From Tachypleus tridentatus (taxonomy: Eukaryota): 64,000 nucleotides of DNA. The stretch is taken from positions 230,313,567 to 230,377,566 of the forward strand of contig NC_134837.1 in assembly GCF_004210375.1 (NCBI RefSeq). The letters run 5' to 3'. Numbering within the stretch: the stretch's first letter is position 1; each line of letters begins with the position of its first letter. Below are positions 25,995 through 37,483 of the stretch, piece by piece. A program made the translations under genes and the position numbers. The notes beneath the pieces were generated by a model. That model did not search any database and was not told where the DNA came from. It was given only the letters and a program-made list of their open reading frames with translations.

Positions 25995-26302
25995 TCTCAT
26001 ATTTGATATTTTGTTACTTTCTATATTTACCTTAAAATATATTACAGCTTTCTCATCTATTTCACTTTTTCCCTTTTAACGTTTTCTTATTTTCCTTAAA
26101 ATTCTGGAATTTATCGCCATTTTGCTTCATTCTCCTTTTCGCCTTCAGCAGCCCTCGGTAATAACTTCTGCTACTTACTGGATTCTTTCTTCTTTATTTG
26201 ATATGTGTGTTGTTGTTTTTTTCTTTTCTCGTTCTTCGTTTAACATGTTTCGTTTAAATGTTCTAGTTATTTTTATTTCTTCTTACTTAATCATTCTCTA
26301 CC
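25995..26302 (+). repeat. Polypyrimidine spacer following SINE-A copy 25731.
   Basis: It contains tctcatatttgatattttgttactttctatatttacc...ttctccttttcgccttc.... Confidence 0.7.
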
Positions 26303-26583
26303 TTTGTTTGTTTGTTTTTTAATTTCGCACAAAGCTACTCGAGGGCTATCTGTACTAGCCGTCTCTAATTTAGCAGTGTAAGACTAGAGGGAAGGCAGCT
26401 AGTCATCACCACCCATCGCTAACTCTTGGGCTACTCTTTTACCAACGAATAGTGATATTTACCGTAACATTATAACGCCCCCACGGCTGAAAGAGCGAGC
26501 ATGTTTGGCGGGACGGGGATGTGAACCCGCGTCCCTCAGATTATGAGTCGCACGCCTTAACACGTTTGGCCATACTGGGCCCT
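26303..26583 (-). mobile_element. SINE-A copy, inverted relative to the two preceding copies.
   Basis: It runs from ttgtttgtttgttttttaatttcgcacaaagctactcgagggctatctgtactagccg to ggccatactgggcc. Confidence 0.85.
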
Positions 26584-27235
26584 CTACCTTTGTGCTTCAT
26601 ATACTAATACTAATCTTCTTCTGGAAATAGATTTATTTGTCTTCTGTTCGTCATGACACACAAATAATTCTTCTAGCTTTTCTAAAACCAAATACTTGAT
26701 GTTTGATATTGTATCATCACTTAAAATATAATGTAGATAATTTTCTTACGATCTCAATTTTTCTCCTTTCAAATTTTATTTTTTATATCTTTCCTCGTTT
26801 CTCCACATTTTATAAAAACATGATATATTTGATTTTTCCACATTAAGTGTCAGTTGTTTCCTTTAAGCCAGTTTGTTCAATTTTTAATAATCAACTATCA
26901 CTATTACAATTCTTTTGTTAATATAAGTGTATCATCTAAACAGGTCAGCTGATTTATATTTTCTCCTTTCTGATTATATATTCTGCAACTTGGTTCGTTT
27001 TAAAAATATATTCTTCTTGATTATAAATAAATTATACAGTACTAGGCTTGATAGTCTCATTTAATCGCTAGTCCAGAACTTATTTATCTGTTTCTTTCCA
27101 TTACTTATTTCTTTATAACCCTGCTAGTTCTCTGAAACGTTCTTCTTTTCTTTCTTCTACAGCTCTTGTTTTGTTTCCTGTTCACAATCAGTAAAAGTAT
27201 TAATTTTATTCTTAGCTTCTTGCTAATTCCTTACA

Positions 27236-27310
27236 TTTTCCAGGGGTGCGATCCCCCTCAGTGGACTCAGCAGATAGCCCGATGTGTCTTTGCTATAAGA
27301 AAAACACAAA
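27236..27310 (+). mobile_element. SINE-B 3' fragment inside the polypyrimidine block.
   Basis: It contains ccaggggtgcgatccccctcagtggactcagcagatagcccgatgtgtctttgctataagaaaaacacaaaacacacac. Confidence 0.5.
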
Positions 27311-27556
27311 ACACACACCTTATCTTTTCTTCCACCCTTGTTTATAAACTTTCACGGAACGTCTTTTCTATCTACCCTTAAATTCTTTTTCTCTCTCTTT
27401 TTGTTACCATTTTCATTTTTTCTCTTTTCATATATTTTTATTTCATCTTCCCTTCTCATGTTCTTCTGCTTTTTATTTCCTTCTTTTTTCTTTACAATTA
27501 TAATCTGTTTAAAAACGTATTTAAGCCTTTCTTTTGCTTCATTTTTTGCCCCTTTG

Positions 27557-27662
27557 GTACAGCAGTAACTCTATGGATTTGCAACGCTAAAATCAGGGGT
27601 TCCATTCTCTTGATGGACTCAGCAGATAGCCCGATGTTGCTTTGCTACAAAACACACACGCT
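27557..27662 (+). mobile_element. SINE-B diverged copy inside the polypyrimidine block.
   Basis: It contains cagcagtaactctatggatttgcaacgctaaaatcaggggttccattctcttgatggactcagcagatagcccgatgttgctttgctacaaaacacacacg. Confidence 0.55.
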
Positions 27663-30600
27663 TCCTTTTTTACCTTACCATCCCTCAATCTTTTTCTCTC
27701 TCATTGTTCCATGAATTAATGTATCTTTTATACAATGCATGCTCATTTTGTTCGTCAGTCATTGTTCATATCTTTTAAAGCATTTTTTCATCTGCTTTCT
27801 CCTGTCTTTCTTATACGCTCATTATCTTTTCAAAAGCTCTTCACTTTGTCTCTACAAAAATATATATTTCTCGTTCTTAATTCATTGTTTTCCTCTTTCT
27901 TCTTCTCAATTTTTATTGCTAGACTTGCTCGTTGCTGATTGGATTAAAATTTTTTACTTCACTATATGTTCCAGTACTTATGTGTTTGTTTTTGTGTTCA
28001 AAATAATGTATGTTATTTATATTTCTACTTTCTTTTCCACCCGTGAGAGTATACTTCCCTTCTCACTTCCATTCAAAATTTCAAATATATTTTTATCCAC
28101 TCACTTCGAAAAGTGATTTCTCCTTTGTTTTTCATGTTTCCATTATTTATTCAAAAATTCCTTTTCCCTGTTATGTTTTCTTCTTTCCTTACATTAAATT
28201 CACGTGTTACCATCTATTTATTTTACTGTGTTTATTGTTCATCTATACATTTTTCCTTTTCCAACATTTTTTCTGATAGTTTAATTTACTTTTCCTATAA
28301 AATGCTGTAAACTTTTATTTTTTACAATTTATCTATCTTCTCAATTTTTCACTTGATTCAATTTTGTTTCTCTTTTTACTTTTCGTTGGTCCACTTTTTC
28401 TTAATTTTCATTAAGATTCCATCCAAATATCTTCATTTTTCATATTGTTTCTGGATAGTTGTTTCACTTGTTTCTTCACCATTTCCCATTTTCTCTCCAT
28501 CATTTCTATTACGTCGAACATTTTTTAAACATATTCCCATAAATCTTTATTATTTTTTACCTCCTCTGTAATATTCCAAATTTAATTTTCTTTACTCTTC
28601 TGTCACTTCGAATTTAAATCTTTCATTCATTTGTTTACGTTATTATCCTTTATTTCTTTGTTATTTCTTACATTTTTCTACATAAGTTTAAATTATCTTA
28701 TTTTATTTTTTGTTCGATTTCTATGTTTGCTTAATTTTTCATTGTATTTTCGTTTTATTGGTTTCGTTTGTATCTAAAAAACAAGAAACAAACAAACTTC
28801 ATTACATTCAAAATCTCGTCCTCAGCACTTACTAAATTTCATTTTTAACATAATTCCGTTTCTCTACTGAATATTAAACTGTGGAAAGTAATCGCTTTGT
28901 CTTCTGTCGAACATAAGCAGAAAAACCATTTTCCAAGTTTATTTTGCGATCTTATCAGTTTTGCCCCTTTTTCTCTCCAAGTTCTTTCCTCTCCTTTTTG
29001 AAACTGCACAGTTGCGGGTTTTACTCATATTCTTCCTTCCATGCCAATTCTATATGTTTTTGACATACAGCTAATAATACCTTCAATCATTTTATCAACT
29101 TTATTTTCTCACATTTACATGTCTTTTTTTTCTTTTTTATGTCCTTAAAAACAGGATTCTGTTTGCCAGTTTATCTGTTTCTTTTCTTACAAAAGTCCAC
29201 TTCTTACTTCAGGATTTTCATCTCATCTTTAAATCCTTCCCATACCTTAACTTATTCTTATCGTTTTTCCTCATTCCTTTAACTTTTGTTTCCACTGCTG
29301 AACATTTTGTTAAGCTTATTTGTCTGTATCATTTTTGTTTCATTTCTTCATTCTACTTCCCATTTTCAGCTTTTTCCTGCTGATATTTTGTTGTGATTTT
29401 ACTGGATCTACCTTCTCTCTTTTTATTTGTTGGTATAAAAAACTTTCCTGCTTTAACTATGTCTTGCCTTTCAGATTATCCGCGATATTCAAATACTTTT
29501 AAAAAACACACTTCTATCTTTTCTCTTTCATTATGGAATGTTCTTTTTTATTTTCCTTGTTTTGCTGTAGAAAACGTTTTTTCAGTTTAATTTTCTTATC
29601 GTATTTTTCATTATAAAATAGTTCTGTTTATCAAACCACACTAAACGCTTAGGTCACCATGACTACCTTAGTGGTGCCTCTGAAGATTTATAATAAATAT
29701 ATTACATTTTACATTTTTAAGTTAACTGAACTTAGGTTTTCTCTATAAAGTTTTTCATCTTCATCGTATAAACTGCTGTTCACAACGAAAGAAAACCTCT
29801 GTTGTTCGTTTATTGTTAAGTACAAAGTACTCAAGCTTACTGCCGGTGGGCAAACCTCTAGTGAAAGATATTTTTGGAATCCAAAATATATTTTCACTTT
29901 TAGTAAAATTTGTAGTACTGTCTGTCAACATACTTAACGGATCTGCCATCAGTACCAGACTTGTTTGTTTATTTTTCTTTTTGAGTGCTTCTTGTCTTTG
30001 TATTTATTTAGTTATGCCTGTTTTTTCATTCTTGCTAATGACACACTTCACATATAGAACAGGTTTAAATATACATGTACTTGAAATAAGATTCGTGTTT
30101 GATTTCATCAAGTGTACTTTCTTTACGTAACTAGACCATGAAGCCAATAAAAGCTTTGGATGGCGTGGCCTGTCACAACCAAATAATGCATGTTTGTGGT
30201 TGATACACATGACTCAATCAGACTTAAATATGTATAGTGATAACCTTTATCTAAAAATCATAGTAAATCAGTTAATATATCACTCATTGTATACATTTGT
30301 AGACAATGGTATAATGGTGCGAGATACTTAATAGCATATATACAAATAATTACATATATGTTACAGAAATATAAGCCTAACAGGATGTTCGAAACTTGCA
30401 TATCCAGATGTTTATACAAGTATTCTTTTGCACGCCAATTCCGTTGCTACATCTGATCGGACTTGCGTGTTAGTAAGGGCTATAAATATGATAAAAAGGT
30501 ATACTTATCTTAACTCAAGTGAGACCTATAATAGTGCACACTATGTAGTAGATTTAGATGAATCCACAATAGCAGTGATGATCATATAAAAGCCACAAGA

Positions 30601-30675
30601 GCAAGTAACTGGCCCATAAACTTTACAAAAATAACGAAGATGTGAGGTTATAATACTTATATGTGTGCTCGTTTT

Positions 30676-30952
30676 CTGTTTGTTTGTTTTTTGAATTTCG
30701 CGCAAAGCTACTCGAGGGCTATCTGCGCTAGCCGTCACTAATTTAGCAGTGTAAGACTGAAGGGAAGGCAGCTAGCCATCACCACCCACCACCAACTCTT
30801 GGGCTACTCTTTTACCAACTAATAGTAGGGTTGACTGTCACATTATAATGCCCCACGGCTGAAAGGGCGAGCATGTTTGGTGCGACAGGGATTCGAACAA
30901 TCGACCCTCAGATTACGAGGCGAATGCTTTAACCACCTGGCCATGCCGGTCC
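30676..30952 (-). mobile_element. SINE-A copy.
   Basis: It runs from gtttgttttttgaatttcgcgcaaagctactcgagggctatctgcgctagccgtcactaatttagc to ggccatgccggtcc. Confidence 0.85.
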
Positions 30953-31484
30953 TCGTTTTCTAAAAACAAAAAACAAATATTAAACACAAATATTTATTTC
31001 TCGTAACGCTGAGAAAAATATTAAACAAAAATGGATACACAAGAAGCTTTACGCAATAAATTGTGCACATTTCAGGTATAATGAGGCACTTCTACTTGTT
31101 TTTTATCAATCAATGGTCGTTCATGTTTTGAGATAATACTTGCTAATATCAGTTACCCCAGTTGAGCAGCCGTTAGTTGCTTATTCAAACAATTGTTTAC
31201 TGTCTAGGTAATCGTTTAACATTATCCAAGAATTTGTTCATCTTCACCGTCGACTTTGCCTGTCTTTTAAAATATTCCAGGTATTAAATAGTTTATCGCA
31301 AAAAAACTCTTCAGTTCGTATTTTCGATGGGGAATTTCGGCCAAACCTCTTATTTTTTAATGTGCAATGAATTTATATATCTAGAAAAACAATCTACAAG
31401 AGAACTGATCATAGATAGAATAAATGTTATTCAATTATCTATGAACTGGATTTGATGTTTTTGTAAGCTAAAAATCTCATATTC

Positions 31485-31759
31485 GGCCCGGCATGGCCAA
31501 GTGTGTTAAGGCGTTCTACTCGTAATCCGAGGGTCACGGGTTCGAATCCCAGTCGCACCAAACATGCTCGCCCTCCCAGCCGTGGGGGCGTTATAACGTG
31601 ACGGTCAATCCCATTATTCGTTGGTTAAAGAGTAGCCCAAGAGTTGGCGGTGGGTGGTGATGACTAGTTGCCTTCTCTCTAGTCTTACATTGCTAAATTA
31701 GGGACGGCTAGCGCAGATAGCCCTCGAGTAGCTTTGCGCAAAATTCGAAAACAAACAAA
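31485..31759 (+). mobile_element. SINE-A copy with perfect 13-bp flanking direct repeats.
   Basis: It runs from ggcccggcatggccaagtgtgttaaggcg to gcgcaaaattcgaaaacaaacaaa. The repeat aaatctcatattc is present at 31472-31484 and again at 31757-31769. Confidence 0.9.
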
Positions 31760-34135
31760 TCTCATATTCAATGAGTAGTGATTATAAATACAATTCAATT
31801 GCACGCATGAATATCTGATATATTTCTACAGTAAAGACTGCTGCATTCAAAGAGAACTGCGTAAAATAGGATTCGTACGGTCAATAAAATCCTGGAAAAG
31901 TCATGGAATTTTTATTTAGCTGATGAAAGGTATCTCACAACACTGTAATTAACAGTAATCTGACCGAACTTAAACACCAATACTAATGTTTGATATATAT
32001 ATATATTTGTTGACATTTTATGTTATATGTTTAAGAAAATAAAATAGTTTATCATAAGTAATTTGGCTCAACGTAAAATGACTAAGAATTTGAAATAAAT
32101 TTTGTTAAACTGTAAAATACCTTTACCTTTATCTATCTGAAGATGTATAAATGTAACCCGATGGCCGAAATATGTCATTAAATTTAGAGTATATGTCATG
32201 GACAAAACATGGCATTTATTTTTTAAAATTGTGTACGAACCCTGATGAAGTAATTTATATTATTCGTATTAGCATAATACATACTCGAAGAAAAATTAGT
32301 GCTTATCATATTAGGACAGTTTTCATCGCAAGTGTTTACTGTTAACGCAAAAACCCTGGACAGTTTTAGTTAATTTAATATTATTAAATTCTAAAATATA
32401 AAAATGTATAGTTTCATACTGTAAAGCTACTGTGAACAACTGCGTGGCTTTCACTTTATTTCAAGAGAAAGCAGCGGCTGGGTCGTAATCTCTTAGTTAG
32501 TGTATAGAAAACAGGTTTAGACTTTTCATTGTGGTTCTTCAGAGACAAAGTCTAATCATATGACCCAAGGTAACTTATTTCACAAAACATCTACAGTCTA
32601 TTACTGCTTTTGATTTTCTATCTCGATACCCTAGAGGTTTGTTCTCTTTCTGTTTGAAGAAAAAAAATTAGTCTTATTTTGAGAAGAATTGTCATCTTCT
32701 TCACACGATGTAAAATGGTGCATTAAAAAGTTGTTGTTATTTCAATTATAAATAAATAAAAATATTTCGTTCTTTCATCAATCAGGTAACACAAATAGAT
32801 AGTAGGATGACATCTGAAAAAAAAGATTAAACTTATTTTCGATTATTTGAAAATCACGTCTGTTCCAAATGCAAGCAATGTTATGGTGTTGTTGGTTTTT
32901 TTTTTAAACAAAGTCGAGCTAGGCAAGGTGGACGCTCGTAAAACAAGTTCTATGCAACACGAACATTATGTTCAATTACAGAAAATGGCAAGTAACTCTG
33001 TTTTAATTTAAATGCAAGTGTATTTACAGCAGTTATTTCACATTCTGAATGTTTTTTTTTATGTTACTAGAACAAGGGTTAAAAAATAAACTGAAATCAC
33101 TTTCACGTAGAAGCAGTGGTGTCAGCAGCCGGCAGGTAGTGTTCTCGTCTCCACCCACAGGTGATGGATTTGGATGATACAAGTTGTCTCAACGTCATGG
33201 TCTATTTGCAGTTTCTAATCGAAACATTTTGTCAAAGGCTGTTTTGTGTAAGTTGTATTTCAAGCTAATATTTATAAACATAATTACCCACTGAATAAAG
33301 AATTTAGGCTTGAAGCAAAATTAGACATCACTGTCAGCTTTATCATTACCAGAACAGATGATAAATTACTCTGTAACTATCTTCTTACTTATTTACCACG
33401 ATTAACAACAAAGAATATTTCGGTCGCATACCGTCAGTGGTACCTAGTTGATCCTCCGTCGGCACCAATTGTTGTTTTGTTACTGTATTTTCTGTTTCCT
33501 AACTTACGTGCCACAATTACTAATAAGGAATTCTTTGGTCGGTACATTCAAAGTAGTGCTAGTTGTTTCTCTTTTGGTGCCACAGTGGAGTAATACAAAT
33601 CTTTTACATAAATACGTGTGTACATATATGTTTATGCGTGTTTTCAATTGTGTTGTCACATATGGCTTACGTACCTTTGCTTTTTTCAGTGCCATATTGT
33701 TACTGCCATTGACTAATAAAATAATTTATATGCTTCCATTTTATAATAAGATATGTTACTTGAGTGGAGTTGCTTAAAGGTACTACTTTTCGAATTAGGG
33801 ATGTTTTAATTATCATATATGTAATCATTTGTTGTTAAATCGTTAATGCTTTGTTAGGAATCATGGAGTACAATAGATTAGATTAAAATAAAATTATGAT
33901 AAACCAGTTGTCAAATGAAGAGAGAGAGTGGTAAGAGTGAATGATAACAACAGTAACAAATATCCTAAACTTTAAGTGACTGATTTCTTTAGATAAAAAA
34001 ACTACACACAAAAGCTTTACCTTAAGTCTATATACACTTCTCTCATAAATGTTTTATTTATTCAACTGATTTCCCCTTTTCCATAATTTTCCTCTTAGAT
34101 TTAAGTGTTTCAGCAACACCTTGTTTCTTATTGTT

Positions 34136-34300
34136 TTTTAATATTTTTAATTAGTGTAGCGTTTTTGTTTATTATTTTTAATTAGATTAGTTTTGTTTAT
34201 TATTTTTAATTAAGCTAGTTTTTGTTTATTATTTTTAATTAAGTTAGTTTTTGTTTATTATTTCTTAATTTATTTTTGTTTAAGCTTGTTTTTAGGTTAT
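34136..34300 (+). repeat. Minisatellite, ~31-bp unit (tttgtttattatttttaattaagttagttt) x ~5.
   Basis: The tandem units are directly visible. A reverse-complement-type motif (aaactaattaa)n recurs at 34500-34625 inside the adjacent MITE. Confidence 0.8.
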
Positions 34301-34390
34301 AACAAACTAATAAATTATTGAAAAGTTTGGATTGACTGTTTGTAACGGAGTCCTTCCTTTTGACTATGTTTACTTAACTTTAAGTATGTA

Positions 34391-34758
34391 TACCGTGTTT
34401 CTCCGAAAATAAGACAGGGCTTATATTAATTTTCACTCCAAAATATGACACTAGGGCTTATTTTCGGGGGATGTCTTATTTTGATATATTAAAAAAATGA
34501 AGTTACAAAGTAAAATTATTAAACTAACCATTTAAAATAAACTATTATTAAACTATTAAACTAACTGATTAATACTTAAACAAACTAATTAACTAACTAT
34601 CAAACTAATTAATAAATTATTATTTTTTTATTTCTTTCCTCTTCCTGCCACTCTTAACTAGAGCTTATTTTAAGGGTAGGGCTTATATTAAAACTATCCC
34701 CAAAAATCACACTAGGTCTTATTTTATGGGTAGGTCTTATTATCGGAGAAACACGGTA
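34391..34758. mobile_element. MITE (368 bp) related to the 22694 MITE: termini TACCGTGTTTCTCCGAAAATAAGAC... and ...GTCTTATTATCGGAGAAACACGGTA.
   Basis: It has perfect ~25 bp terminal inverted repeats (1 mismatch) with flanking ta/ta. Its interior carries an A-rich (aaactaattaa)n mini-repeat. Confidence 0.7.
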
Positions 34759-35192
34759 CATATGCAACTTTGCTCAGTTGTTTGATGCTACATTTGTTCA
34801 GTTTCTGTTACGCTCAACTGATATAATAAATACATTTATATAACTTATAGAACAGCTACAAGAGGTAGAAACCTAGAAGAAGATAATAGCGGAAATGTAC
34901 TTCAAAGGCACTGTTTCTTTACTTATTTTATAAATCGCATTTGAAAAAAATACTTGTGAAAGCAGCTGAAGATGAATGATAAGAAAGCTTGAATGCTTAA
35001 ATCCACAAGGTTCCAAGTTGATCTATACTGTTCATCATCTGTGGCTGTATTGGGTATGGTATAATAATTACACAATACCATTACAAATAATGAAATCCCT
35101 GAATTGGAAAGTTTAGATAACAGATATTAAATTTTAGGTACTTTATAATCTAAATAAGATAATATAATCAAGTCATTAACCAACAGCATATT

Positions 35193-35378
35193 GTTTTGAA
35201 TTTCGCACAAAGCTACATGAGGGCTGTGTTTTCAAGCTGTCCCTAATTTAGCAGTGTAAGACCAGAGAGAAGACAGCTAGCCCGCCACCAACTTTTTTAC
35301 CAACGAATAGTGGGATTGACCGTTTGATTACGAGTCGAGCACCTTGACCGTTTGGCCATACCGGACTAACAGAATAAT
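35193..35378 (-). mobile_element. SINE-A copy with an internal deletion (~185 bp).
   Basis: It contains gaatttcgcacaaagctacatgagggctg...ccctaatttagcagtgtaagaccagagagaagacagctagc, a deletion, then ccaacgaatagtgggattgaccg...ggccataccgga. Confidence 0.6.
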
Positions 35379-36224
35379 ATAAATATATATCATAATAGTA
35401 TAACGGAACTATATTACCTTCATGTTTAATTCGATAATAAACAATCTAGACTCCCAGACTCCTTCCATTGATGAATATTTATATAATAAAGATGGCTAAC
35501 ATTTAAGATATATATTATAGATTTTGGACCTTCCGACGTGTTTTAAGTATTGTACAAATTGTTATATTCATAACCTTCCGCGGGTGATTAATGATTGAAG
35601 AGCTTAAGACGTTGTTGACTTATTATCGTTGCTTTTTATTTTTTGCAAAATCGTGATTCACGCGCGAGATAGATGTGAAATGAAGAAGTGGGAAAGCTTT
35701 GACGCATTTTCTGTATATTTCCCTATATAGCTACTTTTGCAACTGTGTTTTGGTTGTTTTTTACGCACGCTATTTATGATTATTTATAACATATTAATCT
35801 TGTTACTGTACTTTACTGCTGATTTTAAACTCACAGTTGATTATGATGGCTTTATAGTTTATATTTACACACATACGTATATACCAGTTCACTTGATGTG
35901 CAATTAAACTTACAGGACGAATCATGTTCCTTTATACTGACCTTACAGAATATAATGTTTACCACGCACCCACACTTACGTAACGATAAAATTCTCGTGA
36001 GATTGTCAGGAAATGAATATGAGATATGCCCAAGTTTGCTGAAGATGCGTAGCATACTATCAGATAAAACTATATCTAATCAACAATGTTTCAGTTTATA
36101 GCATGTTAAAATGTACACAGTGTAATGAACGTCTCCAACGAATGCATGAACATAAACACTCATAACATTGTGAAGTGCTGTCAAGAAAATCTTAAAACTT
36201 TGAACAACTTTGTCCCTCCTTTAT

Positions 36225-36420
36225 TGTTGAAATTACTCCCTGTTTACGTTAAACATTATTAATTTTGAACACTAGCCTACCTTTCTTTTGTTGTAGACAT
36301 AACTCTCCGTGTACATTAAACACTATTACGTTCGTACACGAGTTTACCTCCCTTTGTTGTGGATATTAATTTCTGTGTGCGTTAACTATTATTACTTCTG
36401 CATACAAAGTCATTCTGTTT
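36225..36420 (+). repeat. Minisatellite, ~65-bp unit x 3.
   Basis: The three units are cctttattgttgaaattactccctgtttacgttaaacattattaattttgaacac, ctttcttttgttgtagacataactctccgtgtacattaaacactattacgttcgtacac and ctccctttgttgtggatattaatttctgtgtgcgttaactattattacttctgcatac. Confidence 0.7.
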
Positions 36421-37382
36421 AAGCGATGAAGTTTTATTAACAAAACTACCCGTTCATTTGAAACAAAACCCTACCTTTAAATATGTAATAATATTACCAT
36501 TTTATTTTTTTAGCGTAACATGTACTGAAATGAAAATTGACGAAACGAAAACTTTCTACGTATTTGTATATATTAACATGTGTATGTATGTGAATGTGCA
36601 TGTAATGGAAAATGGGCTATCTTTAGTTCTTTGTCCAAGAATAAAAAGTTTTGGAAAAAATGCTAAGAAGTTGTTTACATTTTCCGTTTTATTAAAGAAG
36701 ATTTTGAGATCCGTAATAAATTTCCTTTGTCGTTAAACCGATATTCATTGCAAAGAGTTAATAAAAAACTTTATCTTATCTTGTAATGGGTAAAAGCTAC
36801 TGTTGTATTTTTTACAGAATTAATAACAGAAAGCGTTTTAAAAATTAACTTACAGGTTTTAAATTTGTACAACTCAGAAGCTAAATAACACTTCTTTACC
36901 TATATATGTGTGTGTATAGGAAAGCTAAAAACTAAAAAAGACCACATTAAATGAAGAATAGCGCGACTCTGGAAATTCATGATAAAAATTACCAGTCACA
37001 ATAATTTCTAACTGTATGTTAATTTTACAAAGTGATGTTGACATAAAAAATAAATACATTAATTTTTATTTTTGTGAGGAAGCACTTTTTCTAAAATCGA
37101 ATATATTTTTATACATGTTTTCAAAATCATTGTACAATTTCTGCACTTAGTAACAATCTCTAATCGAACAGGATGTATCTCTTCCTGAACTACTTTAATC
37201 AGTAATCCCACTCTCTGAGACTTTCCTATGCGTTTATGTGATTCATTACAGTGATGTATATTTTTATAACTATCCAGTTTGTTGGTTTACTCGTTGAAAA
37301 CTAGTTTGATGAAATTTTTGCATATTAACCATATATTAGAGTTATCATAAAATATGGCTTTCCTGTTTGTTATTTTCATTTG

Positions 37383-37483
37383 CTTAAGGATTTTGTTTGT
37401 TTGTTTAGAATTAAGCACAAAGCTACACAATGGGCTATTTGTGATCTGCCCACCACGGGTATCGAAACCCGTTTTTAGAGTAA
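37383..37483 (-). mobile_element. SINE-C copy, head-truncated.
   Basis: It contains tttgtttgtttagaattaagcacaaagctacacaatgggctatttgtgatctgcccaccacgggtatcgaaacccgtttttagag. Confidence 0.7.

Larger units (their letters stand above)
26584..29640 (+). repeat. ~3 kb polypyrimidine (C+T ~80-85% on the + strand, G-depleted) low-complexity block.
   Basis: Visual composition shows long runs such as ttctttcttc..., ctttttctctctctttttgttaccattttcattttttctcttttc and ttcctcattcctttaacttttgtttcc, with G nearly absent. The dozens of F/L/S-rich spurious ORFs in the track result from this. Confidence 0.8.

Noticed and set aside
27166-29590. About 12 track ORFs (60-125 aa) rich in F/L/S/C on the + strand.
   Set aside because: They lie wholly inside the polypyrimidine low-complexity block. 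Their open frames are a composition artefact: stop codons need A or G. None resembles any protein.
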